Assembly: GCA_951406725.2 (NCBI GenBank)
Contig: OX597830.1
Location: forward strand, 54,870,001-54,934,000
DNA length: 64,000 nucleotides
Source: Octopus vulgaris
Lineage: Eukaryota
Reading direction: 5' to 3'
The position numbers were made by a program, and so were the translations under genes. Below are positions 39,189 to 52,942 of this stretch, in pieces. Each line of letters starts with the position of its first letter. Within the stretch, counting starts at the first letter, position 1. Under the pieces are notes generated by a model that worked only from the letters and a program-made list of their open reading frames with translations, was not told where the DNA came from and ran no database searches.

Positions 39189-40477
39189 ATGTCAAGTAAC
39201 TACATAATGGTTCCATTCCCAATTTGTTTTAGCCAATCTTTTCTGAAATATTTTAAAATCTGAAAATGTCTCCAAAAACGATTCTTGACTTTGGCAATTT
39301 CAGAAATTCTTGTTTTGTTCTGATTGCACGGAGTTCAGAGCTTTATTCTAAGACCATTTTTTAATACCAGTGGACATTGTTGGCAATGCCGGTGGTGACG
39401 TTGCTGATGGTAGCAGTGGTGATGGTGTTGGTTATGATGATGGTGGTGGTGGTTGCGTTGTGGTTGCGTTGCTGTTGACGTTGTTGTTGGTAGTGTTGTC
39501 ATGATTGTTGTTGGTGATAATGCTGTTTTTGTTCTTGTTATTGTTGATGTTTGTTATTATCATTGGTGTTGATATTGTTGTGGTGGTGATCGTTGTTGTT
39601 GGTGTTGTTGTGATCCTATAATTTCCTTCTGGAAGCTTCTAAACATTACAGTTGTTGAATTATTCATAGGAAAATGTAATTGATAGCCAGTCATTGGTGG
39701 TGCCATGGTTGCTGGTGCCGTTTGAGTTTGGTGATAGCTGTAATCTCAGTTCTTAGGTTGTAGAGAGAAAGTGGAGGGGGGGGCGGGAGAGAGAGAGCAA
39801 GGGATGCAGAGAGAGAGAGAGAGAGAGGGAGAGAGCAAGGGATGCAGAGAGAGAGAGAGTAAGGGAGAGAAAGGAGGGAGAAAGAGAGAGGAGGAGAGAA
39901 AGAAAGAGAGAGAAGGAGAGAGAGAAAGAGAAAGTGAGAGAAAGAGAAAGAGAGAGAGAATGAAAGATAGAGAGGAAAAGGAAGACTGAAAAAGACAAAC
40001 TGTGTATGAGATAGAGAGGAAGAGAGAGAAAAAGGCAGAGAGAGAGAAGGAGAGAAAGAGGGGAGACTTAAAGAGACAAATTGTGTGTATGGGAGAGAAG
40101 AGAGGGGGAGAGAAAGAGACTCGGAGAATGGACAGAGAGAGAGAGAATGACAATCACTCTATCCCATACATAATTGCTTAACATTAACTATCATTTGTTC
40201 ATGACATGCACTCTCTCTTCTCCCCATCTCTCTCTCTCTCTCTCTTTAAAACACACTCACTTTCACTCACTCACCCACTCACTCTCTCACCTTCTTCACC
40301 AGAAATAGCTTTCACTAATGCACTTATATTCACACACACACACACACACACACACATACATACACATGCATACACATGCATACACTTTCTGTGTTTTTAG
40401 AATAATAACATTTACTGCTATAGATACATACCAACACACACTTACAAAGACTTGATCTTGCTGGCACTTACACACAC

Positions 40478-40511
<34 letters not shown>

Positions 40512-40789
40512 GAGATAATTGTACTTCAGAGAGAAAGAAAAAAAACACTTTCAAATATGTTAGTTGCATAAAATTCCTTCCAGCTTGACCGTTTATAGTA
40601 GTTTTATTGGAATTGGATTTTTAAGATTACGTATGGTGTAAGATGATATCTTTTTTAAGAGTGTGCATGGTATACAGTGATATCTTTTTATGTCCACATA
40701 ACAAGGGAGTTTTGTTTACTGATTACAAGGATAATCTTAGTTAATTGAAGCTTTACAGCTCTCTCTGTTGCATACACGATGCCCTACTG

Positions 40790-41007
40790 TATTTTTTATC
40801 CTTTATTTGCTTCAGTCATAGGACTGTGGCCATGCTGGGGCACTGTGTTGAAGGGTTGGTTGAACAAATTGGACCCAGTACATATTTTTAAAACTGGTAT
40901 TTATTTGCTTGGTCTCTTTTACTGAACTGGTAAATTGCAGGGATGCAAAGAAACAAACACCAGTTGTCTAGTAGTAGCAGGGTGGGGAGGGCAAACACAA
41001 ACAAAAA

Positions 41008-41060
<53 letters not shown>

Positions 41061-41355
41061 CACACATATATAAGACAGTGCCCCAGCATGGCTGAAAGAA
41101 GTAAAAGATAAAAGATACACATATACACACACATGCACATACACGTACAAACACACACATGCACAATCGCATGCACACACACACACACACACACAGAATG
41201 GATTTCCATACAGCTTCTTCTGAAAATCTCACTTAGAAGGCTTTGGCTGGTCTGGGGATACAGTAGAACACACTTGCCCAAGGGGCCATGAAATGGGACG
41301 GAACCCCAAACTATGTTGTTTCAAAGCATACTTCTTAACCACAAAGCCATGCCTG
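40790..41355 (-). mobile_element. SINE family A (rearranged/compound)
   Basis: Reverse-complement head at ~41200-41355 and tail at ~40790-41010. Confidence 0.7.
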
Positions 41356-41564
41356 ATCCTACATGTGAACTTACTACACAGAATGCTCACCTGGGTATTA
41401 TATCTATAAGCCATGTTGTTGATGAGCACATATGCGCAATCAGCATCTCTACATTCACTTTGTATGGAGTAAATACACTTTACTGAAGAGGCCTATTGAG
41501 ACTGAAACATATCTATTGACTTTAAAGACTTGATCTATCTATCTAGTTAGCTATTTAGCTATTA

Positions 41565-41619
<55 letters not shown>

Positions 41620-41650
41620 CATCCATCCATCCATCCATCCATCCATCTAT

Positions 41651-41723
<73 letters not shown>

Positions 41724-41844
41724 CTAATGAGACTGAAACATATCTGTTGACTTGAAAGACTTGATCCACTTCCAACTACATAGTCTTTATTTCACAAAAA
41801 AAATTACATTGACTGTTATTGTTACAATTACTTCCCTTGTTGTT

Positions 41845-42066
41845 GTTTTTTTTTAGGTTGCATTCATACCTAGAGAGGCTTTTTTTAATCTATAGTTACA
41901 CAGTGCAATTTCACATGTCTGGGAAGTGAACAGTGTATGAGTCAGATACATGCTTGCATGTGTATGGAGGGGAGAAAATCAGGTATAGTGTTGGCGAATC
42001 TCAGGAAGCATGGAAGTTTTGAAGGATGCAGTGCTCCGACAACTAACAACTGATGCTGGCAGTTTG
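41845..42066 (-). mobile_element. CR1/L2-type LINE extreme 3' end
   Basis: Minus-strand KLPASVVSCRSTASFKTSMLPEIRQHYT*, followed by a UTR and an A-rich tail. Confidence 0.7.
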
Positions 42067-43060
42067 GAGATCATTCTTTGCCGCTTCTTGTCATCTTCCT
42101 GAATCTTCCTCTTGTATGAATTCCATCAACATCCAATGCTTCGTACTTCTTTATTTCCCTAACATCCACCCTATTCATCACAAACCTGTACCAGCACAGC
42201 TTTCTGGATCATAAATATTCCCTTATTATAACTCAGTAAGATTACACATCCAAAGAAGAAAGCCCACTTCATTTCTTTCTATCTTCACAAAATACTCTGT
42301 ATTCAGGGGTCCGTGATATCTTATCATGCGTTGCATCTTATCACATGGTTCTTACACAAGCATCATACTATCTGCTCAAAACAAAAAGGGAAACCTTTCG
42401 TTACCAGCAAAGATAAATGCTCCCAGAGCTTTCACCTCCTTCTTCTTTTACCCTAGGTGCAACACATTCAGAACCATCACCACCACCACCACCACCGCCA
42501 CCATCACCATCACCACCGCCGCCACCACCACCACCACCACTACTACAACCATCACCACCACCACCATCACCACCACCACTACAACCATCACCACCACCAC
42601 CATCACCACCACCACCACCACCACCATCACCACCACCACTACAACCATCACCACCACCACCACCACCATCACCACTACAACCATCACCACCACCACCACC
42701 ACCACCACCACCACTGTCACTACCACCACCCGCTGCCGCCACTACCACCACCACCAATACAACCATCACTGCCTCTGTAAATTAGGTCACCTAGGTAACA
42801 AAATCTATCAACCGTTTCCTAAGGAGCCTTCATGGTATTTGCATGTATCCATTTCATGCATACTCTTGCTTTCGACTACTCTTGGCCATCTGTTACCATA
42901 CAAAGCAAAAACTAATCAACATCACTTTGTTGTCAAGTAGCTTGTGATCCAATTATGACTTGTTGTACATCCATAATTTTCAAAGGAGACACCATACGAA
43001 AGGTGTAACTCATTACTGTTCTACAAATCAAAAATGGCCATTTCTTTGATAGCATGGTCC
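42067..43060 (-). mobile_element. Old RTE LINE remnant with an internal (ACC)n expansion at 42475-42770
   Basis: YDACVRTM..LNTEYFVKIERNEVGFLLWMCN and RKLCWYRFVMNR..VDGIHTRGRFRK, matching the RTE thumb/C-terminal region. Confidence 0.6.
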
Positions 43061-43308
43061 TGTCTTCTTTCCCTTGTTGTCATCGTCATCGTCATCATCA
43101 TTTTAATGTCCACTTTTTCATACTAGCAAGGGTTGGACAGAGGTTATAAAGGCAGATTTTTACAACTGGATACCCTTCCTGTCACCAAACTATATTTACT
43201 TTCAAGCTAGATAATATTTCTCCATGGCCACCAGAATATTGGAAATTCATTCATAATAATTATGCAATGTCTAGGCAAGGGGACACACAGTCATATAAAC
43301 GTTTGCAC

Positions 43309-43387
<79 letters not shown>

Positions 43388-43392
43388 AATCT

Positions 43393-43424
<32 letters not shown>

Positions 43425-43447
43425 GTATATATGCATGTATGTATCTG

Positions 43448-43483
<36 letters not shown>

Positions 43484-43764
43484 ACTATCTGAACCCGAGG
43501 CCACATGGTTAAGAAATAAACATCTTCACCACACAGCCATACCAGCAACAGTCAAATGTGTGTGCATGTCTGTGTGTATATGTGTGAGTGTGTGTGCGTG
43601 CGTGCGTACATTGTGTATGCTCAATCTTCTTGCCTTGATATTCCATGCAAGCTGTAAACAATGTCACTGCCATATAAATAGTGTCATTCTTTTTTGGGTT
43701 TTTTTTTTGCAATCTTCTATGAAAATGTCAAGCTGTTTATTGTTGAAAGGACTTGAATAAAAAT

Positions 43765-43978
43765 TGGTTTCAAATTTTGTCACCAGGCCAGCAATTTTGG
43801 CGAAGGGATCAAGTCAATTACATCAACCCAACACTCAACTGGTTCTTAAGTTATTGACCCTGAAAGGATGAAAAGTAAAGTTGAACTCGGTGGAATTTGA
43901 ACTCAGAATCTAATGACGAGCAAAATGCCGCGAAGCATTTTTCCCAGTGCAGTAACGATTCAGCCAACTCGCTGCCTT
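43765..43978 (-). mobile_element. SINE family B copy
   Basis: Reverse complement of the family consensus. Confidence 0.8.
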
Positions 43979-44851
43979 AATTAGAGGAAATATTACTTTG
44001 CATGAAAATAGGTGAGGGTTGGAGGCAGGAATAGTATTTGGCCATAAAAAAATCTGTGATAGTGAATTTCAGCTGACCCATGCAGGCATAGAGAAGTAGA
44101 TTTTAAAATAATGTTGATGATAATAATGATGACAAAAGCAACAACTATGAGGATGATGATGATGATGGTGATGATTTTTCCCTCCAAAATTTGTGGGCCT
44201 CTTTTTTATGTTAGGAATATTTTAGTGTCATTAACATAATATGTAAATCAGTTGTATATTATTTAGCAATTTTCCATTAAGTGTTTTATTTTCTAATTTA
44301 AATTTTTTTTTATTTTAGCAATTTTGCTTTATTTATTTATTTTTTTGACCAAGTAATGTTTAAGGAAATATTATTAATTCGAGATAAAATTCTTGATTTT
44401 TTTTTCTTTTAATTAAAGGAAAAAAAAATTAATTAAATTTTTTTTTGTAATTTATTTTTGCTTTGTTAAGTTACCAAAACTTTTGTTGCACAGTTCAAAC
44501 TAGTTTGATTTCTTTTCCCCCACCCCTACATCCATTACATAATTAAAGTAACAATTGACTAGGTTTATGTTATATATTGTTGTTTTGTATTCTTTTTTCT
44601 TTTTCCTTTTATGACAAATTTTGTAAAAAAAAATGTGCAAACCAACCAGCCATACAGCCAGCCAGTCAATCAACAAGCTAACCAGACAGGCAACCAACCA
44701 TCTAACCAAACTGCCATCCAACCAACCATCTAACCAGCCCACCATCCAACCAGCCAGCCAGCCAACTGACCAACCAACCAACCAGCCAATGGACCAACCC
44801 ACTGACTGACTGACCAACCAACCATCTTATCTACCATCTAGTGAAGATTTT

Positions 44852-45042
44852 AAGGGGCTAAACATAGAGGGGACAAACAAGGACAGACAAAGGGATTAAG
44901 TCGATTACATCAACCCCAGTGTGAAACTGGTACTTTATTTATCGACCCCGAAAGGATGAAAGGCAAAGTCGACCTCAGCGGAATTTGAACTCAGAACGTA
45001 GTGGCAGACGAAATACTGCTAAGCATTTCGCCCGGCGTGCTA
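44852..45042 (-). mobile_element. SINE family B copy (CpG-rich, probably young)
   Basis: atcgaccccgaaaggatgaaaggcaaagtcgacctcagcgg. Confidence 0.85.
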
Positions 45043-45424
45043 AAATTTTAATTTGAAAATAGTGAGTCTCTTAACTCATTGTGCCACCAGCATCAACAGT
45101 GCCACGTTTGGCTAATTTTGCCTGCCAGTATATATGTATTTATATATGATTTAGCAGAATGCTAATGTATATATAAAAAATTAATATAAACAGCTAAGTA
45201 CAATGTGATACTAGAAAGGAAAAAAAATGTATATATATATATATGCAGTTCAGACTTTAAGGTTGCTTGCATGGATCCCTACGACAGACCTCATGCACAA
45301 ACTAATGTATTTTCTCCAGAATTCCAGGGGTGATACTCATGGCAGGTCTTCCAGTTCCCTCGTCATCTTCCAGGGGCATTCTTTCATTTTTGAAGTGCCC
45401 ATGCCACTCGAAACATTGTATGAC

Positions 45425-45853
45425 CAGTGCCAGATTAACCATTAAGCAAAATAAATACGTGCTTAGGACATCAAGGGACAGGAGCACCACAGAAATGAAA
45501 ATGGTTTACAGCACAAAAGAAATCACTTTAAACTTACTAAAATAATATTTGTAATGCATTTTCTCTTCTAAGTATAGAAGCAAAAGCTTTTTGCAAAATT
45601 AATTTTAATGATATCATCGAAGATTTTTGCAATTAAAAAAATAATGAAGGAGAAAACTTTTCATATATAAATAATAAACATTATACAAAAATAAACATTA
45701 TTTTCCATTTTACTGTTAATTTTGTTTCATTTTAAAAAATAAAAATTTATTTTATGATTTATTATTGTTTACATTTTGAACCATTTACATATACCTGAGG
45801 GTACCAAAACCTTTTAAGTGCTTAGGGCCTCTATGAGCCTTAATCCAGCCTTA
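45425..45853. mobile_element. hAT-type non-autonomous element
   Basis: Perfect 8-bp TSD tgtatgac at 45417-45424 and 45854-45861; imperfect TIR cagtgccagattaa / ttaatccagcctta. Confidence 0.8.
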
Positions 45854-45881
45854 TGTATGACCCATTGCCTCATTGCCTTAA

Positions 45882-46103
45882 CCCTTTTGATACCAGCCCA
45901 GCTGAAACCGGATCTGGCTCTATAGTACAAATGTCTTGTTTTCATAAGTTTTGAATTAAAATCTTCCACCAAACCTTAGTCACAATATATATTCCTAACG
46001 CTAGCTTAATGATAACTAAGATATTTTACTAAATTCTTTGTTATTTTTAAAATTAATTGAAGTGATCACAGAGCATCTCAAAATAAATACAGTAACGAAA
46101 GGG
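45882..46103. mobile_element. piggyBac-like MITE, intact
   Basis: TTAA-CCCTTTTGATAC ... GTAACGAAAGGG-TTAA. Confidence 0.88.
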
Positions 46104-46692
46104 TTAAGCTTACTGAAGCTTGCTCAATGTCTCTGTAACAGACTTCCCTAATTTAATGCAATATCTCATGCTGGCTCTTTATTCCAACTTTCTGTCCATG
46201 ACAAAATCACAGACAACGGCAGACATGTGATCACAAAAACACAAATTTTACAACTTGCAAAGAAAACACAGCAATGTTACTTGGCACACTGCCTCACGAA
46301 GGTCACTGCTAGCTCTCACTGGGCACACAACTGTGTGCTGCCATCTGTTGACATGCTACAGAACTAGTCTGCAAACTTTTTGATACCTTGTATATAAAAC
46401 AAAATATTTTTATGTACTTTATATATAAAACAAGTATTAAACTTCCTTGCTGGATTCCCAAGAATAACCATTGACCATATGAAACTATGGATATTATTCA
46501 ACCATTTAAATTCTTTGTCTACTCCAAGGTCTCCAACAAGTTGGCTCAGCTTGAATTTGTTTTGCAATCAAAGTTATTTCTGATTTCTTCCTTCCTTCCT
46601 TTCTTTCTTTCTTTTTCCCTTCCTTCTTTTCCTCTTTGTTTTTTGCCTGTTTGTTTGCTTGTTTGTTTGTTTCGTTCTTTCTTTCTATCTTT

Positions 46693-46726
<34 letters not shown>

Positions 46727-47710
46727 TTTCTTTCTTTCTTTCTTTCTTTCTTTCAGGGGGTTTTCAAGATTAATCCAGTCCATTAATGACTTAAAATTTA
46801 GATTTTTTTTTTTTGAATTAAAAACTATAATTTGAATAAAATAGAAAATGAAATAGAAAAAAAATTTTTAAATTGTGAGGTAAAGGTTAAATCTGAATTT
46901 TTTGTTGATTTCGTAATTTTATGAATTTTATAAATGTAATTGTTAATACACAAGCACAAAGACACACACACACACACACGCGCACACACAAATACATACA
47001 TATACACAAGCACTCATATCATTACAGTAATAGTTATATGCAGACATAATTTACTTAACAAACATTCACAAATGCCATACACATACATACACATGCACAT
47101 ACACAACACACACACACACATATATTAAGCTAAACCAATGAGAGACCATCTATATGGTTGCTAAGCTTGTAAGAAATAACAGTCAAGTCTCCCCCTAATT
47201 ACACCCTTGTTATCTTAAAAATAAAGGCAACATTAGACTATATAGTTCTGAGTTCCCTTTGCACACACACACACACACACAAGTGCACATACACACACAT
47301 TTATGCAAACACACACACATATATGTATATAATTGGCTTCTGTCTGTTTCCTTTTACCAAATCCACACACAAGGCTTTGGTCAGCCCAGGGCTATAGAAG
47401 AAGACACTTGCCCAAGATGCCACGCAAGGGGGCTGAACCCAAAACCATGTGGTTGGAAAGCAAACTGCTCAATGTCACAGCCATATCTGTGCCTAAGAAA
47501 AGTTCAGCATCCTTGAATTTTCATATCAATTTAGGGCCCCATCCTGGAGCCCTAAATTAGTTTTGTTTCACCTTATGAAATTTCTCTCATAAGCCCAGTT
47601 CATCCTCTGGCAGGATTCTGTACAGTTTCCATTTATTCAGTCTTATGACTTCATGATTGTCAAGTGAGCTACAGAAACCGTTCATTCATGTCTGTCCATA
47701 CACACACATA

Positions 47711-47756
<46 letters not shown>

Positions 47757-49320
47757 TACATAGAGAAACATGCTCATACACATGCATACAGACAGCCAGA
47801 CACACACACAGATACACATACATAGAGAAACATATTCATACACATACATACAGACACACACTACACATACACACTCACACACACATACCTGGAACATAGA
47901 TACTTATACGCATATCATCATCGTCTTCATCATCATCATTATCATCATCATCATCATTTAGCATCAATTTTCCATGCTGCCATAGGTTTGATGATTTGAC
48001 AGGAGCTGGCAAGGCTGGAAGCCACACCGGGTTTCAATGTCTGTTTTAATAGGGTTTTGACAACTGGATGCCCTTCTTAACACCAACCACTTTACAGAAT
48101 GTACTGGGTGTCTTTTGGGGTTTTTTTTTTGCATAGCACCATCACCAGTGCTTTTTATATGGCATTGGCACCAGTTCTTCTTATGTGACATCAACATCAA
48201 CAAAGTCATTAAGTACTTCGCAAGACCAAACGTTGTATTGAATGGGTGTGGCTTTGTGCCAGTTGAAAGATTTAAGGTATAGAGGAACCAGTTGGAAAAG
48301 AAAAGTGAGTGAATTAGAGAGTAAGACGAAGAAAGCAATAGTGAGAGAGAGAGAGAGATGATAGCAAACATGTGTTGAGATATGCCCTGGAAGGACATTG
48401 CGGGGTGTGACAATAGGTGAGGTGATACAGAGGCTTGAGGTGGGGCTGGGTGGGTGGGCAGCATGAGGTACAATGTACAGGTACACATGAAATTATACAA
48501 TTAGATACTCACATACATAACTGGAACACACCCGCGTATGAATGCTTACAGGCACAATGTTCTGTTTTAATTAAGATATTTTAATAGTTCAGCTTAATTA
48601 AAATTTGCGTGTGTATTAAGTCACTGTGTGTGTGTGCGTGTGAGTGTGTTTGTGTGCATGTAAACGTGTTTCCATGTCAATGTTTGTGTGTCTATGTCTG
48701 TTCCTTCACCCCCCTCTATCTCTCTATCTTTCTCTCTCTCTCTCTGTATGTGTGTGTGTGTGTGCATGCTTAGGATGTACCAGTGTGCATGAATTTATAT
48801 ATGTACTAAGGTGAATATATATCTTTGTGCGTATGTGAGTACGCATGTGTGAAAAATACTTATGCAATCACAACACCACTGTAGAATGTGTGTATGTGTG
48901 CAGCTATATATTTATATGCATCTCTCTCTTTCTCTCTCTCTTTGTCTGTGTGTGTGTGTGTGTGAGCATGTGTGTGTGTGTGTATGTATGACAATACCAA
49001 TCACAACACTACCACTGAATACATGTATGTGTGTATGTGTGTGTATATATATATGTATATATTCTTTTATTCTTTTACTTGTTTCAGTCATTTGACAGTA
49101 GCCATGCTGGAGTACTGACGGTTTTTTAGTCAAAGAAATTGACCCCAGGTCTTATTCTTTGTAAGCCTAGAACTTATTCTACTGGTCTCTTTTGGTGAAC
49201 CATTAAGTTATGGGGCTGTAAACACACCAACATCAGTTGTCAAGCGATGGTGGTGGGGGACAAACATAGACACAAAGACTTACACCCATAGATATATGCA
49301 TACACACACACACACACACA

Positions 49321-49374
<54 letters not shown>

Positions 49375-49375
49375 G

Positions 49376-49585
49376 TCAATCCAAACAACAACAAGCAAGA
49401 AAAAACAACAATGCAAGAATGTGGAACAAGTAGAGTGTTATTGGACACTCAGGAAGGGAAAGAAACGGAAGAGGATTTCACATTTCGAGCGGGGCTCTTC
49501 ATCAGAAATATAGAAAAAGTCCATAGAAGGGAAGACGGAGAAAGAAAATTTCCAACAATACACACACGGTCACATATTGAAATGA
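49376..49585 (-). mobile_element. PLE terminal-repeat-like fragment with a degenerate hammerhead motif (49475-49510)
   Basis: Minus-strand attt-CTGATGA-agagc ccc gctc-GAAAT-GTG-aaat; the cleavage triplet is mutated. Confidence 0.55.
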
Positions 49586-49919
49586 CTGGAAGGGAATGGG
49601 TGAAGAAACCATTCTTTCTAAACAGGAGAGTGCAAGAGAAGGAGGTATGTGTGGGTATGTGCATGTGCACAGGTCTGTGTATGTAATGACAGCACGTATG
49701 TGTGTGTGTGCGTGTGTGTGGTTGTGGCTGTTTATGTATGTGTGTGGTTTGATTTAGTGTCACTTAAGGTCCTAGGAAGAATTTATGGTAAGAATTTTGG
49801 TAGGAGTGGCTGTCTGTTGTGTGTCTTCCTACACATGTGCATAGGAGAATGGTAAGTAGAAAGGTGTTTAACTGGTTGTTTGAAGTATGTGTGTGTATGT
49901 TTAAGGCATTCATTAGAAT

Positions 49920-51770
49920 GCCTTAAGAAGAAAATGTACAAGTTCATTAAGAATTATAGTCTAGGGATATCTTTAGGGAATGAACACTATGCAGTAAATT
50001 ATCTAGACGTCAACCTTAATCTTGTCACTAATAAGATCCATCCATTCCATAAGTTCAATGAAAATTTAATGTATATTAGTTCTTTAAGTAACCATCCAAG
50101 ATCAGTTAAAGAAGCTTTAATAGATAATATAGGGAAAAGAATATCTATACTATCCTCCAATTATGACACTTTTAATAAACATGCCCCATATTATAATAAG
50201 GCATTAAAAGAAACAGGATATAACTCTAATATAAAATACTTTAATTATTACAAACACCTTAGTTATATAACAGGTAATCCTAATAATAATTCTGACAGAA
50301 AATATATGAATAATAATAAAAGACAATATAGGAAACTAAATATAGATAAAAACAATATAGTTATTATTAATGATTACAATAATAATAGTAATATTAATAA
50401 TGAGAATATGATCAATTGTAAAAAACAGTAAATTACACAAGCAGAAATATAATATACCAAAGAATAACACTTTAATACTGATGGTGTCTAATAATGGTAA
50501 TATAAAAAATTATCAAAATAAAAAGGACATTATATGGTTAATTATTCCGTATGGGGCTCAAGTGATGACTAATATTATTAAGAAGACACTTGAAATTGTA
50601 GAAATATCTTTTACAAAGGACAACATTTATTCAAATATATTTTCCAATAAAACCATAAAAGTGGGATACTCAACATCGAGAAATGTAGGTAATATCATTT
50701 CCTCTATAAATAATGAGAAATTAAATAATTCTTATAATAGCACAATAAATAATAGCTCTAGCCATAATATTACTAATACTGATGGGAGTCTTAATCAACA
50801 GATAGAAAAATGTTCATGTTGTGATAAGACTAAGTGTAAGCTCTCTAATAATTGTAATATCGATAATGTAATTTATAAATGTATAGTAAGCTCTAAGAAC
50901 AATAATAATAAAATTATTATATAGGATCTACAGCTAATGAAATTAAAAAAAGAATCTCCCAATACTGCCAGACTTATATATATATCCCTCAACATAGTTA
51001 GACTGAAGATAATATTAGATAATTTAAATTAAAATATGCATAGTGGAATTAGCCCCTCTTGGTAGTAATCACCTATAAATTCCCATAGTGCTCTGCTATC
51101 TTCATTTCCTCTAATTACCATTTTGAAAGGCATCTTGGTTCCATCAAAAGAGGATATGTATCTGCATTTTTCATGTTATTCTTCACATTTAATCACAGAC
51201 ATTTATTCTGATGTATATTTTATATCTTATATTTTGTATTTGACATTATATACTTGACTTTATAAGTTTGATATATTTATAATGTATAATTTATAATTTG
51301 TAAATTTTAAGTCTTAACTTTATAAAGTATAATTTTTAATTTTTAACATTTAATTTAACGTTTACTTTAATGCTTAATTTTAAAGGGATGTAAAATTAGA
51401 TTAACAATATTTTGAAAAAGAACCTGAAGATGTGTTGGTAGAATTGTAAATCTGATGATTACATATATATATATTTATGTGTGTGTGTGTGTGTCTGTGT
51501 GTGTGTGTGAGTGTGTGTGTGTGTATTATAATCTTCCAATACTGAAACACGTGTAGTTCCTTCATAATTGATAATTTTAATTTTAACTTAAGTAGGAAAT
51601 AATTAAGGAAGTATGTTTTAAACCCTGTTGCTATAATGATTATATCCTTTAAAGAATTATTTCACGATGTGCAAATAGATACCATAAGTTTCCCTTTAGA
51701 TATACTCAGTAGGTTATTTTTTTGTATTATCTGAAATAGAATACCCATATATCTACTAATCCCCAAAACT
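49920..51770 (+). mobile_element. 5'-truncated Penelope-like retroelement: RT thumb, Asn-rich linker, Cys motif, start of GIY-YIG endonuclease, 3' region
   Basis: VNYLDVNLNL..YISSLSNHP..KRISILSSN..YYNKALKETGY; IIWLIIPY..TNI..IFSNKTIKVGYS; CSCCDKTKC..C; VIYKC then (frameshift) YIGSTANEIKKRI. Confidence 0.88.
51417..51562 (+). ncRNA. Type I hammerhead ribozyme motif with a microsatellite in the stem II loop
   Basis: gaac-CTGAAGA(51424)-gtgttggtagaattgtaa..[TA/TG]n..ttataatcttccaatac-t-GAAAC(51544)-acgt-GTA-gttc. Confidence 0.7.
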
Positions 51771-51771
51771 G

Positions 51772-51839
<68 letters not shown>

Positions 51840-51841
<2 letters not shown>

Positions 51842-52660
51842 GGTGCATCAGTATTTCGAGGGCATTACTTTAAATAGCTCTAACATTCTTATAACTAATT
51901 CTTTTATAAGTTCTTATTCAGATTAATGATGAATGACATGAAATCAGTGGTAAGTAGCTTGCTTATGAACCATATGGTTCCAGGTTCAGTCCCACTGTGT
52001 GGCACCTTGGACAAGTGTCTTCTACTATACCCTCAGGCCGACCAAATCCTTGAGAGTGGATTTGGTAGACAGAAACTGAAAGAAGCCCATCGTATATATG
52101 TATATATATGTATGTATGTGTATGTTTGTGTGTCTGTGTTTGTCTCCCCAACATTGCTTGGTGTGTTTACGATGCTGGTGTGCTTATGTAACTTAGTGGT
52201 TCGGCAAAAGAGACCAAGAAAATAAATACTAGGCTTACAAAGAATAAGTCATGGGGTCGATTTGCTCAACTAAAGGCGGTACTCCAGCATGGCCACATTC
52301 AAATGACTGAAACAAGTAATAGAGTAATAGAGTAATACAACCCTGGAAAGTCAATGATAGACTTTGCAAAGGACTTCAAGGTTTCATAATGCACCATCGG
52401 AAGAATTGTGCATGAATTTATTTGTTACAAGTTGTATGTGATGTGAAGAGGTCAATTCATATCAGGTACAATGAAAGGTAATCATTTGATCCGTGGAAAG
52501 TGCTTGCTCTACAAATTGAAACATCAAGAAACTGCAGCGCTTTGGTTTTTCTCTAAGAACTTTGATCAAGACCAAAAGGTAAATCCTAAGGAATGACAGA
52601 TGGTTATGCAGAGATCCAAGTGAGGTTCCAGTTGTAATGCATACCAAATTTCCAGCAACT
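51840..52660 (+). mobile_element. maT/DD37D-like element remnant, interrupted by a SINE A copy (51947-52336)
   Basis: Same 5' end as 12551-12975; NPGKSMIDFAKDFKVS..WFFS..KNFDQDQKVNPRNDRWL..VVMHTKFPAT. Confidence 0.8.
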
Positions 52661-52812
52661 CTCGGAGTGGTTGGTGTTAGGAAGGGCATCCAGCTGTAGA
52701 AACTCTGCCAGATCAAGACTGGAGCCTGGTGCAGCCATCTTGTTGCCAGCCCTCAGTCAAAACCGTCCAACCCATGCTAGCATGGAAAACGGATGTTAAA
52801 CAATGATGATGA

Positions 52813-52890
<78 letters not shown>

Positions 52891-52942
52891 TATATATACA
52901 CACACATATATATATGCATTACTAATCTTACATATCTATATA

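Larger units (their letters stand above)
45250..46392 (-). mobile_element. Mariner 5' part, split by two nested MITEs
   Basis: MDRKLE*RASMRYCIKLGKSVTETLS (46108-46200) continues as QCFEWHGHFKNERMPLEDDEGTGRP (45330-45420). Terminus near 46392. Confidence 0.8.

Noticed and set aside
42326-42940. Thr/Pro/His/Gly-rich 'mucin or extensin-like' ORFs
   Set aside because: (ACC)n expansion inside an old RTE remnant, open in several frames on both strands.
49880-50924. Selenocysteine recoding in the PLE ORF
   Set aside because: The ORF breaks are frameshifts ending at TAA/TAG, and conserved Cys positions use TGT.
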